64,000 nt of DNA from the human T2T-CHM13v2.0 reference genome, Homo sapiens, in NCBI RefSeq assembly GCF_009914755.1, contig NC_060925.1. One strand, 5' to 3'. Positions 42,106 through 57,602 of this stretch are shown piece by piece. The stretch's first letter is position 1, and each line of letters opens with the position of its first letter. A program made the translations under genes and the position numbers. Under the pieces are notes generated by a model that saw only the letters and a list, made by a program, of their open reading frames with translations, ran no database searches and was not told the origin of the DNA.

Positions 42106-45100
42106 ATAATCTGTCTTGGAGTCTAATCCTTAGTCTTAAAAACCATAAAAGACTAGACCTACCATATTCTCACAATTACTTCTTCAGCTTCCTTCTTTCT
42201 AAGGCCTACGTTAACATGTAATCTAGTAGTGTTGCAGGCTTAGCATCCCTTCTACCTAGATCCCCTAGAGAGATAATTGCTACAAAGTTCCCAAAGTTTT
42301 TGGAATAAGGACAAATTTTACTATGAGTTTTTGTGCAGTTTTGCTCTCTTCAACCAGACTGCTACCTCCTTGAATGCAGGTCCAGGCATAATGAGGTGGA
42401 CAGAGCATGGGCTTCAGAGTCAGAAAGGTCTGGGTCTGAAGCCTTGCTCAGCCACACACTAATTGTGTGACTTTGGGAAAGTCACATATGCCCTGTGAGC
42501 CTCAATTCCCTCAGCAGTAAAATGGGATGGGAATGCTATACCTATCCTCCACAGGGTAACTCTGAAGATTATTTAAAAAAAACCCCAAAACAGATAATGT
42601 ACATAAAATGCTTAGCACAAGCTTCTAGCAGATATTAAATGTGTAATAAAAGTCGGTTCACTTCCCTCTTTGTTTCTTGCAAGTCACTTGACATATAGCA
42701 GGTGACCAAAATATGTTTGCACTAACTGGTTCATTTCTTCATTCCTTTCACCTTTTTAAACGCTACAGAGAACCTCAGGAGGGCACTGTGATGAACTGTG
42801 TGGTCAATCACATGGGTAAACAATTGAATTCCCTCAGAGAAACAAGGTATGGTCTATGTCCAGAAACAGAAATACAACTCATTATTTTTAATGTGAAAAA
42901 ACATGGCTAAAATCAACAAGGCCAAGGTTTGTCTGTTTTTCAAAGCCATACAGAAGGGCACTATACTCTGTGGTCCTAACTCAAATGACTCTGGATGACA
43001 AAGTAAGACAACAGGGGGTTGGATCTGGAATTACCTGCAGAGTATGTGGCACCTAAGGGCATTCACAGAAAGAAAGAAAAGAAAAACTTTTGTGTATATC
43101 AAACCGAACACATAAGCCTCTGTCAGGTTGTGACCCCAATTTAGTAAAATAGTCCATAAACCCAATGGGCAGATTGACTTCTTCATAGTAGAGTGGGGCT
43201 GCCTCGATATGCAAGGTGGCAGTTAGGATTTGTGAAACTTCTAGACAATAGCTTTTGGTCAGTCTCACAAACGTGCTTTTTTCCAGGTGCAGGGAATGGG
43301 ATTCCACTATGTCTAAATCTCTGTTTATTATGTGCTGTTGAGGGTGGACCAAGATGGCCAGTCTGCTCATGTTTGCAGTCAGAACTGGACGGTCATCCTG
43401 TCACATGAATTGGACCTAGTTTACCCAAGAAGTTCAGAATTTCTTCCAGACAACTGGGGAGGCAGTTCTCTGAGCCAGAGGTTTACTAAGTAGGACCCCA
43501 GTGGTTTGAGGACCTCAGAGAGATCCTTACAACATGTATACACAACCACTGCTACCTGGTCAACCTAGACACAAACAAAACAAAATCTAGAAAATCTATT
43601 ACTCACATTGACTTACTTTTCTAAGCAATTGGGAAAACTGTGTGTGGCATATTTTGGCCCACACATTCAGGCTAAGTGCTCCCACCACTCATAATCACCA
43701 GATAACTGCCAGTTGGCTTTCCATTTTAATTTGTGATCTGCAGAAGCTTCATTGTACTCTTTACCCACAGATAAATAAATCACCCATGTCTCTTAGTACC
43801 AGATGAATTGAAAGAGAAAGAAACATGGCAAGACTACATCTCTTAGGCCTGACTTTATTCACTGGATCTAGCGGTCTGGGCAAATTCCCCACCTCTCAGT
43901 GTGACTCATGCATGTCCGGAGGTGACTACAAAGCAAAAGCATGGAATGTCATACATTCCAGAGGAAGTGTTCTCAGGGATTGTTATCAGTGCTGACTTCT
44001 TGTTTACCAGTGAGGAAACAAACTAAAATCTCCAAGGTTGTGCCCATCTCAGAAAGTACCACGTGTCACTGAAGTGACAGGGCCTGTCCAGTTGACTTCA
44101 GCTGTTTCCATGCTCTGCCCTATCCCCCAACCTCACCTCCTTGAGTGAACAATCCTCTCCCCTACTTGGTTCCTATTTGAATTGTTCTTCAGTTACTGGC
44201 ATGTATTTGAAATTGTAATCACTCTTCATTCTTTAATGCTTCTTCCTTTTCTGAGCCTTATTTTTTATCATTTAAAGCTTCTGGTGGGGACATTCCTATA
44301 CTTACTAACATAAAGGCCAGTACCTACTTTAGAATTATTTGAGGACAGTTTCAATTTTTCATTACTGGGAGGAAAGGAATTATAATATCTTTAGTGGGGA
44401 AATAATTTAATGCTGAGAATATATGAAGTAATTCATTGATAAATTCTACTGAGAGTTACTCTTAAAATAAATGTCTTAACAAAACCCCAACAAAGCTACC
44501 TTAGGAGAAGCTTTTCAATTAATTTATCAAGACTCCACGGTTATCATTTTAAGACAGATTTAAGAATATGCCCAAAGAAATGACTTTTAATAATGAACAG
44601 GCCCCATTTGGAGCAGTGAGTAGTTCTGCTTAACTGAAAAAAATTACAAAAGTTATGTCAGGTGTAGCCTTTCTAAATAAAAGGGATGTATGAAGTGGTA
44701 ACTGTAGATAACAAACAAGAAATATGCTTTTCCCCCTTGAAAATGCTAAAGGTGCTTATTATAAACACAAAGAGATTTTGTCTTTCGAGGCAAAGAACAG
44801 ATTTCTCCTTTCCTGTTGGAGTAATTATTTTCCTTTCTCTTGTATGTTGTTATTGTCTGAATAAGCTTACCATTTATTTGTAGCTGGGTTTAGGAGACAC
44901 ATGTATGTACACAAGACAGGGTGCTGGCCATTCAGCAGGGAACATGCAGAGAAAGATGCAGGAAGGCTGTGTTGCTCTTGAACATCTTTCCCTTTTTACA
45001 CCCTAATGGGCACTGTGAGGATGTGTTAACACATCCTGTCTGGTAGGGTATCACCTCAAAGAGCTCAGGCTCCTGAGGACTGAGCAACAGTGAGGCCAAG

Positions 45101-48100
45101 GAACAGGTTCTGTTTCCCCTTTGTGGATGCACAGAGGCTTTGTTAAAAGATGAGCACCATTTCAAATATCCCGAGAATGCAGCTGTTGGGCCGTTTAGTT
45201 CTGTTCCAACATTTTTTCCTAAAAAAGCATGGAGGAGGTGGTACTGCTCCAGTGCTGTATGTAGTGTTTTTCCAACCCCAGGGACTGTACTTCCTGCTTC
45301 TCACTGTGTCTCAAGCCAGAATGGAAAGGAGACACACCTAAACCCTCCACACGTCACCACAAATTCCTTTCCCTAAGAGCAGATTACTTGATATCCTGAG
45401 AGGCCCCAGACTCAACTCTGAATGATACAAATGAGTTCTACAGGATTTGGGGGAAAGATCTGAGAAGTCAAGTTGCTGTTCCGAATGCCCTTTCTGAATT
45501 TTGCCAAAGGAATGATTCCACTTTATGGAAACTAATTTGAGTGATTATTATGGGGATTAGATCAATTGGTGGTCAGCTCTGTTCAACAATCTTTTATGGT
45601 ACGCCCCCTTCGGGCTCAGCACAATGGCAGTGTGAGGTGGGAAAGGGAAAGAGATGCCTTCAGGAGATGAAAAGCTATCATTTAAGGCAGGACAAGCACA
45701 TGAAGAGTATGCTAGCAGTAAAAAGACAGTCAACCTCACTTTTATCATAGGCAACTCCTTAACGAAGAAGGCACGCAGCTGTAGGGAGGAAATAGCTCTG
45801 AGAATCATTGTGGCCACACTGTCATGGTCTGTTATGCAGCTGCTGGTTGGAGGAATTGGCCTTGTTCCCCAGGGTGGAGCTGTCACAAAATAGAGTGGGA
45901 ACTGTCTGGCTTTCAGCCCAAGAGAATCTGCATGGCAAGTTGCATTAACAACCAGGCATTTCCGGCAGTTCCCAACATTTCTGGGAATTTTCTCATCCAA
46001 ACGACTGAAAGCCCACTCCATTCTCTTGCTTCTTACTCATGCTTTCTTTGTATAATGGTAATTATGTTTTAAAAAATCCTGGGCTATGTTGTTTCATGGA
46101 ACAATTTAGAACTTATTGGTCAAACTCTGAAGCAAAGGTATATAAAAGGTAGTTAGAGATGTTTAGGGAATATTCAAAGCACATTTTTGGGTCACTCATA
46201 ATTGATCTTTATATTCATATATGTATATATATATATATAACATAATGTACCCATCTTAACATATCAAAGCTAAACCAGTATTAAAAACAACTGACTATGG
46301 TCTATTGATACAATATATGATGCCCAAGTACACTCTTCATTGCTACTGCATATCTAAAATCATTTATTTATTTATCCATCCATCAAGAGTGTATTGAGAG
46401 CCTGACAACATACCAGCATCAAGCCCTGGAGGTCTTTTTAAGGCTGAGCCAATATAGCTATGGATAACATTCTAAAACTGATAGCATATTTTCATGTTTT
46501 ATAGTCTTTCCACAGACTAGTTCAAAATGAACACTGCCTGAGAGGGGCTTTAAGATGACTGACTAGAGGTACTGGACACCTGTTTCCCCAGCAAAGAAGA
46601 GCCAAAATAGCAAGTAGATAATCATACTTTGAATAGACATCTAAGAGAGAATGCTGGAATTCAGCAGAGAAGTGACAGAAAACACCTGAGATACTGAAGG
46701 AGAGGGAGGCAAGGTAGACAGCCTGGCTGGAATCAGCTGGGAGCCCAGAGAGGGTCCCTAGTGAGAGGAAAGGGTAAGTGAGAGATTCCCAGTGGTACAT
46801 GTTCCCATGTTGACTGCTGAAATCCTAGTCATAAGAGTCTCTCAAACCCCAAGGACCCTGAAACTGGTATTCCCGGGGTCCGTGTGGCAGCATTGCTCCA
46901 GAGATGGAGCCCACTCGGGTCCCATGTACCCACTTAGTTCTGGACAGATAGAGAGCCAGTTAGAAAGCCCATTTCCCACCAGACTGCATTGTGCCCTGGG
47001 ACCCAGCAACCCCTGTATCTTCACATCCCTGGAGCCCCACTAACAGAGGGCTGCAGGGTGCAATGCAGGTTGGACACAGTAGAGTGGCAGGGTCTCCAGA
47101 ACTCTAGCCCACACATTGTACTGCACACTGGGGAGGGTGATCCTGGGACAAAGGGAGCTGAAGCATGTGTTTCCCAGAGCATGAAACCTGACTTCCTGGG
47201 GCCACTGTCAATGAAATAAAACCCTGTTCCCACAGTAGAAGGGCTGCTTCACACTAGCATGTGTCCTGAGGTCAGGCTGCCACCATTGTCATAGCCACCT
47301 GAGCAAACCGTCTGGGGCTTGGAAATTGCTCTGCCTTGTTCACCACAGCCTGGGCCCATGGGCCCCATGGGGGGCCTGAGAATAGGCCTGCCTGGCCTGG
47401 CACCACCCCTGTCCTCCATCAGTGCCCAAGCACATTGCCTGGGGGCCTAGGGATTGCCCCTCCCCATTGGTTGACCCAGGTGCATATGCATGCCATCAGG
47501 GGGCCTAACAGGACCAGAAAACCTACTGCTGAAACCCAAGCATGCTGTCTGGAGGCTGGGGGATTGCCTCACCTTGTCTACAACAGCTGGCATCTGGGCA
47601 ATACTCCTGGAACTTGAGAATAGGCCTGCCCAGCCTGCCACCACCACCACTGCTGGCAATCTTCTGCATGCACTACCTGGAGGATTGGGGACTGGGCTGC
47701 CCAGCCCATTGCAGCCACCGCTAATATCAGTGAGTGCCCATGGGGAGCCTGAGGACTCATCCAGTCATCTGGCACACTGCTGCCATAACCAGCACCCAAG
47801 AAAGCTGCCTGGAGGCCCCAAAATCAGCCCTCTGGACTTGCTAACACTGGCGCCCACATATGCCACCCCGGGACCCAAGAACAGGCATGCTTGGTCTGCC
47901 GCTGCCAACAGCAGGGCCTGAGGACTGGCCCACCTGGCGTCCTATCCCCAGGAAAACCTCAGCATAATCTCTACTAACAACGGCAGCCTACGCCACTGAG
48001 GAAATCACAGACACCACTGATGGTGTATAGCCAAAGAAATCCTATGGAGACTGCACCACCATATATGCCCAGAATAAAAGAAAAGTACCCTAACCAACCA

Positions 48101-48795
48101 ACACCATAGATCTATCTACAGGAAAATGTCTTCCCCTATGAAAACCAATCTAAAAAATTGGAGGAAGTGACTGTTACACCAGATGCACAGATATCAATGA
48201 AAGGACACAGAAATACAAAAAAGCAAGGAAATATGACACTTCCAAAGGAACATAATAATTCTCCAGAGACAGATTCCAATAAAAACTAAATTTATGAAGT
48301 GCCTGAAAAAGAATTCAAAATAACAACATTAAGGAAGTTCCATGATATAGAAGAGAACACAGATAAACAATAAAAAGAAATTAAAAAAACAACTCAGGGT
48401 ATGAATGAGAAATTCACCAAGGAGATAGACATATAAAAAAGAACCAAAGAGAAATCCTGAAACTGAAGAATTCAATGAATGAAATAAAAAATGCAATGAG
48501 AACTTCAACAGGATACTAAATCAAGAAGAATTTCAGAACTTTAAAAAGAAGAAAAAAAAACAAGAAAGAAGAAAGCCAATGTGACCTATGGGCCACCATA
48601 AAGCAACAAAATATTTGAATTTTGGGTGTTCCAAAGGGTGAGAGAAGTTTAATGGCATAGAAAAACAATTTAACAAAATAATACCTTAAAACTCCCTAAG
48701 TCTAGCAAGAGATTTAGAAACAGGAAGCTCAAAGATTCCAAAATAGATACAACCCCAAAAAAATCTTTTCCCCAGCATATTATAATCAAACAGTC

Positions 48796-49170
48796 TAATA
48801 TAGTCTTTATGTCCCCACCCAATTCTCATCGTGAATTATAATCCCCATAACCCCCAGGTGTCTAGGGAGAGACCAGAGGGAAGTAATTGGATCACGGGGA
48901 CGGTTCCGCACATGCTGTTCTCATGATAGTGAGTGAGTTCTCATGAGATCTGATGGTTTGATAAGTGTTTGGTAGTTCCTCCTGCATTCATTCTCCTTCC
49001 TGCTGCCTTGTGAAGAAGGTGCTTTGCTTCCCCTTTGCCTTCCACCATGATTCTAAGTTTCCTGAGGCCTCCCCAGCCTTTCAGGACTGTAAGTCAATTA
49101 AACCTCTTTCCTTTATAAATTACCCAGTCTTAGACAGTTCTTTAAAGCAGTATGAAAACGGACTAATACA
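48796..49170 (+). mobile_element. MaLR solo LTR (THE1-like) nested in L1
   Basis: catgctgttctcatgatagtgagtgagttctcatgagatctgatgg...gaaaacggactaataca. Confidence 0.88.
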
Positions 49171-49221
49171 GTGTAAAAAGTCAAAGACAAATAATTCTAA
49201 AAACAGCAAGAGAAAAACATC

Positions 49222-49591
49222 TGATATGGTTTGGCTCTGTGTCCCCACCCAAATCTCATGTTGAATTGTAATTCCCAATGTTGGGGGAGGGACCCGGAGG
49301 GAGATGATTGGTCATGGGGGCAGATTTCCCCCTTACTGTTCTCATGATAGTGATTTCTCACAAGATCTGATGGTTTAAAAGTGTGTGGCATTTCCCCCTT
49401 CACTCTCTTTTCCTCTTGCTCCTTGTGAAGCAAGGTGCTTCCTTACCCTTCCACCATGATTAGGTTTCCTGAGGCCTCCCAGCCATGCCTCTTGTACAAC
49501 CTGCAGAATTGTGAGTCAATTAAACCTCTTTTCTTTATAAACTACCTACTCTCAGGTAGTTCTTTATAGCAAAGTGAGAATGGATTACTAT
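49222..49591 (+). mobile_element. MaLR solo LTR (MSTA-like) nested in L1
   Basis: tgatatggtttggctctgtgtccccacccaaatctcatg...; flanks acatc / gcatc. Confidence 0.88.
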
Positions 49592-50475
49592 AGCATCTAG
49601 ACACAAAGAAGTCTCCATCAGACTAACAGCACATTTCTAATCTGAAACTTTACAGTCCAGAAGAAAATGGGATGATATATTCAAAGTGCTGAAAGAAAAA
49701 AACTGCCAATTAAGGGTACTATATCCATCCAGTAAAATTATCCTTCATAAATGAAGGACAAATTCAGAGTTTCCCAAACAACCAAAAACTGAGGGAATTC
49801 ATCACCAAGAGACCAGCCCTCCAAGAAATGCTTGAGGAAGTCCTACGCCTGGAAGTGAAAGAACAATACCTTCCATCATGAAAACACACAAAAGTATAAA
49901 ACTTACTGGAAGAGCAAACACACGAATGAGGAAGAGAAAGCATTCAGATGTTACCACTACAGAAAACCACCAAACCACAATGATAAACAGTAAGAGAGAA
50001 AGAAAAGAACAAAGGATATATAAAACATCCAGAAAACCACTAAATAACAGGAATAAGTCCTCACATATCAATAATAACCTTGAATGTAAATGGCTTAAAT
50101 TTTTAACTTAAAGATATAGAGTGGCTGAGTGGATTAAAAAACCTGTGACCTATCCAAAGTAATGAAGGTTATTAAAAAATATTTTTTTAAAACCCATGAC
50201 CTAACTATATGCTGCCTAGTGAAACTCACTTCACCTATAAAAAGACAAATATGGGCTGAAAGTAAAGGGACAGAAAAAATATTCCACACAAACCAAAAGC
50301 AAGCAGGAGTAGATATATTTATATCAGATAAAACAGATTTTTAATGAAAAACAGTAAAAAGAAACAAAGAAGGTTATTATGTAATGATAAATGGATCAAT
50401 TAAGCAAGAGAATATAACAGTTCTAAATACATATGCACCCAACACTGAAGCACCCAGATATAAAAAGCAAATGTT

Positions 50476-50822
50476 GGCTGGGCATGGTGGCTCACATCTG
50501 TAATCCCAGCCAGCACTTTGGGAGGTTGAGGTGGGTGGATCACTTGAGCTCAGTAGTTCAAGACCAGCCTAGGCAACATGGTGAAACCCTGTCTCTATAA
50601 AAAATACAAAAATTAGCTGGGCATGGTGGTGCATGCTTGTAGTTTCAGCTGCTTGGAAGGCTGAGGTGGGAGGATGGCTTAAGCCTGGGAGGCAGAGGTT
50701 GCAGTGCACCAAGATTGTATCACTGTACTCCAGCCTGGGTGACAAAGTGAGACCCTGTCTCTAAAATGAAATAAAATAAAATAAAATAAAATAAAATAAA
50801 ATAAAATAAAATAAAATAAAAT
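50476..50822 (+). mobile_element. Alu with (TAAAA)n tail nested in L1
   Basis: Alu consensus; flanks aaaaagcaaatgt / aaaaaacaaatgt. Confidence 0.93.
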
Positions 50823-51050
50823 AAAAAACAAATGTCATTAGATCTAAAGGGAGAGACAGACTCCAATACAATAATAGCTAGGGACTTCAACACTCCACTC
50901 TCAGCAAAAGACAGAAAGTGAACAAAGACACGTTAGATTTAAACTGCACTTTAGACCAAATGTACCAAAAATATATGGAACATTTCATCCAATAGCTGCA
51001 GAATACACATTCTTCTTATTAGCACATCAAGAACATTCTTCAGGATAGAT

Positions 51051-51134
51051 ATTAGGCCCCAAACAAGTATCAACAAATGTTAAAAAATCAAAATTAGGCC
51101 CCAAACAAGTATCAACAAATATTAAAAAATCAAA
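51051..51134. repeat. 42-bp tandem duplication (1 mismatch)
   Basis: attaggccccaaacaagtatcaacaaat[g/a]ttaaaaaatcaaa x2. Confidence 0.95.
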
Positions 51135-52222
51135 ATCATGACAATTCTCTTCATAGACCATAATGGAATAAAACAAGAAATCAGCAATAAGAGAAATGTT
51201 GAAAACTACAAATACATGGAAATTAAACAACATGCTCCTGAATGACTACAAGGTCAATGAAGAAATTAAGAAAGAAAGAAAAAAAAATTCCAGAAACAAG
51301 TGAAAATGGAAACAACTTACCAAAACCTGTGGGATAAAGAAAAAGCATTGTTACAAGGGAAATTTATACCAACAAATGCCAACATTAAAAAAGTAGAAAG
51401 ATTTCAAAAAAACAACCTAATGTTGCACCTCAAGGAACTAGAAAAGCAAGAACCAAACACAAAACTAGTAGAAGGAAAGAAATAATAAAGATCAAAACAG
51501 AATTAAATGAAATAGAGTTAAAAAATAATACTAAGGATCAATGAAACTAAAAGTTTTTTTTTGAAAAAATAAAGAAAATTGATAAACTGCTAGACTAACC
51601 AAGAAGAAAAGAGAATGGATCCAAATAAGAGGAGGGAATTCTTCCTAACTCATTTCATGAGGCCGGGATTACCCTGATACCAAAACTAGACAAGGACACA
51701 ACAAAAAAAACTACAGGTCAATATCCCTGATGAATATAGACACAAAACTCCTCAACAAAATACTAGCAAACAAAATCCAACAGCAAATCAAAAAGATATT
51801 ACACCATGATCAAGTGGGATTTATCCCAAAGGTGCAAGGATGCAAGGGATGGTTCAACATACATAAATTAATAAACATGATATATTGCATCAACAGAATG
51901 AAGGACAAAAACCATATGATTAATAGATGGTGTGTATTCTCTAACTCAGCTCCAATTAAAATCCTCATTCTTGTTTCTTGTTTTATATCATCTTTCCCTT
52001 CTATTTTTAGTTATGTTATTTTGCTGTACTTAGGTGTCTTTGTAAGCTGCTTTTATGAGGTGAGGTGTGATTATACAATGTCAAACAGTTCTTCTAAAAA
52101 CATGTTTTTAAATTATCACACTATTACAAGTGCATCTCGTAAAAAATTCAAATATGAAAAGTTAAAGTTCTGTTGGACTTAACTGCATACACTTGTCAAA
52201 ACTCATTGAATTATCCATTTAA

Positions 52223-52552
<330 letters not shown>

Positions 52553-53379
52553 AATAAAATTAATTTTTTCAAAAAGTTAAAGTCCCCTTTCCTCCATAGT
52601 CTATCCATTTTAATAACTCTGAAAACCCTCCTAAAGTCTCCTGATGCAATTTCCTTTAAAAGACACACTCACTCAGAGCCTGCCTTCAATGAAGAGAAAA
52701 GAGCTGCCAGTCCACACTTTTGCATTATCCTTCTGTGCAATCCACACCAGTCACCGAACTTCCATCTTTCATCAGCTTTGGTTGCTCTCCAGAGATCTTT
52801 CTCAAATTCTCTCTAACAAGCTTCAGGGATGGGACCAGACAAACTTCTCCCCCAAACAGAGATCTGGGTTTCCTTCCTCTTGCCACTATTCCTTCTTGTA
52901 GAATTTAGTATCATGTATTTAGTATCATACCACAGGACTTCTTAGCTGGGAAGGAAGGCAGACTTTTCTCTATGTCTGAGGGACTGTGTGCCTAATGAGA
53001 ATGAGCATAATAAAAACTCACTGCAGATACATTGTATTTTAATATACATATGTTATCAACAGAGAAAGGCACTATATGGAAAATGTGATAAATGAAAATC
53101 TTTCATTCTGTAGGCATTTCTTTCTAAAAAGACAGCATTTTAGAGAAAAGTTAGCATTTCATAAGCACTTGTATTTCAGTAATCTAGGGGAGTTATGCTT
53201 GATTTTCCTTCATATGAGAGCTATTTCTCTAAAGTGCCAGGTATTTTACTCAATATGACATTATTCTGAATGATTTTAGGTGACATTTTCTGTTCAAGGA
53301 CATAACAATTTACTTTAGGAATAGATTTTCTCTCCCTGCCTTCATGTAGGAACTGACATCTGGTGAACTCCAGACGCAG

Positions 53380-53540
53380 CCAGTGTTCTCACAGCGTATG
53401 GATTACCTGCATCAGAATCACGCCATGGTTCCCAGTCTTGCTGAATCAGAATTTCTAGCGGTGAACCCCAGGAATGGGATGTACATTTTAAGTGTGTACT
53501 GTGTGTGATTCTTGGGTACATTAAAGTTTGAGGACCACTA
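53380..53540. mobile_element. MER5-like hAT fragment
   Basis: cagtgttctca..catcagaatcac..ctgaatcagaa..aaagtttgaggaccact. Confidence 0.7.
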
Positions 53541-53568
53541 ACTTACACTATTCAAATTAATATGATCT

Positions 53569-53910
<342 letters not shown>

Positions 53911-56345
53911 TTACTGCTACTGATAATATGACTGGTAGTAGCCGAACTTTATGGAGTTCTTATCGTTTGCCAGGGTGTTGGGTAAAAAAGAAATAAGTGA
54001 TTAGAAAACATACAAAAACTCTAATAGATTCAGCGCTTTTCATTTAGCTCCTAATTGTTTTTCATTGTTGTTGTTTTTGGAACCCTATAACGATGAGTCA
54101 CCTCTCAGTATGTGGTCACAGGTTTAAACTTGGTCCCACTTCGGGAAGAGATAAAGGGAATGGCTGTTGTAATCTATCTCCAAAGCTACCTTTAACATTT
54201 GCAAACAGATAGTGTGATGAGTAATATGGGGACCCAACAGCAGCAACAGAACCATAGCTGAGAAAATGAGATTTAGAAATATTCTTAAAGATTATTGGAC
54301 AAATACAACATTTTGAAAGATGAAAACAAGGAAAAATAGTAAGTGATTAAGAGCAGGGCAATGGTAGTGGGATGGTTTTGCAGGAGGGTGGTAGAAAATT
54401 TAATGTGTTTCTTTTGCATGTCAGTATTTCTAAGGATGATCCAAATTCTAGTATTGTGTCATGTAGTGGGGAAGTTTTCCCCGGAGGCTGCAGAATAATT
54501 CATGGTCAAAATGTCACTTCTAATTTAGTGTCTATGTTTCACCCTATGCTTTATTAACCTTCAGCCAAGCAATAGGATACTTATCAACACCTACGGCATT
54601 TAATACATGTGATTTCCACAGAGAAACAGTAACCCAAAACTCAAAACCCTCCTCCTTCCAGCTCAACTGACAACGTTTCCTAATCCCTTCAAGACCGAAG
54701 GTACTGGTGTTGGCATGGCTGAGACTATCACATAGGTCATGCTGTGATGTACGATCTCAGCCCATGAGACAGAAATCATCCTTTTTTTTTAAATCTTTTG
54801 CCAAATCAATTCAGCCAATAAACAATCTAACACTGCTAGAGATGGAAGGCATGCAAATGTTTTTAAGATGATTTTTTTGGTGGGCCTTGAGAGAGAGTAA
54901 CAGATGAAAATAAATGGAAAAGGGTAAAGGACAGAGACTCCAGACTTGAGTGAGCACTGATTCCACTGCTGCCAATGGAAACTGAAATGGAAGCCAACCC
55001 CGTTAGTGTCTTGCAAGCTTAGGCATCGGATGCCTACCAGAGCTGCTGTCATATCTGAGTACTGCTCTATTCCTAAAATGTGAATCTAGGTCAGTGAAAT
55101 CCAGCAACATTTGCCCACCAATTTTTGATGGTCTGTTCCTTTGTGGATGAGGAATGCTGAATTCATGGTGACAGGGAGAGTTTAAACTCTTTTCCAAAAA
55201 TTCTACCAAAGGCACGCCATTGTGGTAGTTATTTCTGAAGTCATTTTGTTCATCATTGTCCCCAGGGGCACAGAACAGGAGTTCTGTAATTATCTTCCAA
55301 AGTGTTGATCTGGTCCCTTTTTCTCCCTTTAAAGTCCATCAGTCACGATGTTCTGTTACTTCTCTAAGTGGGCCTCACTTTCTGCACTGCCCTTTCCACT
55401 TTCACAGCTACTTTCCTAGTCCAGATCCTCCACTCATTTATTCATAGACTGTGCTGTGCAATGGCATCAGCTAGTTTTATTACTCCTAATCCTTATCCCT
55501 GTTAAATCATTATGGGAACCGTGCCAGACAGATCTTTCTGAAAAAACACCTTCAGCTTCTACTCCTCTGCTAAAAAAAAAAATCTGTGTTGTCCCCCACA
55601 GCCCACAGATAAGGAAACCCCGATTTCATTGGCCAAGATAATTTGAAGCAGCCCCAACTTGTATCTTTCACCTCTCTCTCTGTTTCCCTGCATCCAGCCC
55701 CCATTCCAGCCATTGTCTCTTGATGGTACTACTGACACTTCCCCAGGCTGTCCTGTTTGTAATAACCACCACTCTTCTGTGCCAGCTATGCCTGACGTTC
55801 ATTCAGGTGCACTCAGACTTTGAGTCCTGCTTCTGGTTGATCAATCCCTCTCCAGAACTCCTACCACCTTTCCTAGGACCCTGAACCATTTATTAGCCAC
55901 TTATGTTGTGTTGCACGGTGACAGTTTTTATCTTTTAATGTTCTCTCTTGTTTCTCCAGCTAAATGGGAGCAGCCTTGAAGGCAGAGATCATGCAGAGAT
56001 CATTTCTCATCCGACTCAGTATCCCTGTGCTTGGGATAGTATCTTTCATATATTAATAGTTGCTGCTCAGTAAATCTTACCACTGTGATGTCTTTTCAAT
56101 TGCTGTTTTAAAAGTCTTTTTGCAGAAGAGACAGTAATAAGAGGTTTTGAAAATCTTAGCTGCTTTTCCTATCAGAGTTTTATGTATGAATTAGAAAATC
56201 ATGTTTGTTAGATATCCAACTGAATAGTTATATATGTAATTAAAGCTTCTTCTAAGAAAATGGAATGAAGTTGGAATCTTTCTGTGGTTTTCCTCAAACA
56301 GGCATAAAAACATTGCTAAGCACAAACAGATATAAAGATGTTCCG

Positions 56346-56680
<335 letters not shown>

Positions 56681-57198
56681 TTACAGGCACTGAAAGGACA
56701 ATATCACATTAAGATTCTACAGTGAGCCCACTCTGAAGTGATCCTTACCACTAGTGCTTTATAATTATATGGTTGCTACTTTTTGCCAAGTAGTTGTTTG
56801 CTCCATCCTAGGTTTAAGACACAGCATTTCACCTTGACTGGCTGTTATAAAATTTCCAATGGGAAGGAACAACACTCTCGATTCCTACTGAGGCTAATTC
56901 AACTTTGTTTTTTCAAGAAGAGAACGAGTATAGGAGATAGGGGTCACATAGGGAGAGCTGGAGGCAGAGCAAGAATGACAATCCATGAAATGGATTCTAA
57001 GTTCTCTGCTTTGTCCTCATGGGCATTTTGGCCCTGTAGGCAATTATGCTTCTTTAGTAGAATCAACATATGATTATTATTTTAAAAAGTAAGGTATTCT
57101 CTAATATCAGTAATAGTGTGAAGTTTAACTTTTTTCCCCCTTTTTGGCATATATCTTCACACAGTAAGATCAGGTCCTGTTGTTAGGTTTTTCTATGA

Positions 57199-57224
57199 GT
57201 GTGTGTGTGTGTGTGTGTGTGTGT
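57199..57224. repeat. (GT)13 microsatellite
   Basis: Direct reading. Confidence 0.95.
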
Positions 57225-57602
57225 TGGAGGAGGAGGTATGGGAATATGAGTCAAATGCAAGCTTCCTGTTCTCAGAAAATGATAACATTAGTGATTTTGG
57301 TAACTTGGAATATTTTAATGAGGAATTTTAGCATGTCAAATGGATTAAATCATGGCATCCAAATTATTACCCAGTTAGGTATTATATTTCAAGTTTATAC
57401 AATGTTTAATTCTGGGCAGGAAAAACCTAAGAAGTTTCTAGTTTTCTATGGCTTTAATTTGAATACTTTCTTTACTTTTACTGCTAATGTAATCGGGATA
57501 TGTTATTTTGCACCTGTATGACAAAAACGTTGGCTTCTTCAGGTGCACATTATTCGGGATTGTAAGCTGGGCACTTTTGGAAGTTGCAGATATCCTTGAA
57601 AG

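Larger units (their letters stand above)
46541..51922 (+). mobile_element. Old L1 (L1M1/L1MA-like) retaining 5' UTR, ORF1 and ORF2 remnants; 3'-truncated, antisense to DDAH1
   Basis: 5' end ggggctttaagatgactgactagagg; ORF2 remnants ([40 protein letters not shown]) with many stops and frameshifts. Confidence 0.88.

Noticed and set aside
43053-43370. 105-aa ORF with protein-like composition
   Set aside because: Not recognisable; no supporting gene structure.
45557-46021. 154-aa minus-strand ORF in the DDAH1 intron
   Set aside because: No similarity to DDAH1 or any family I recognise, and no convincing splice boundaries.
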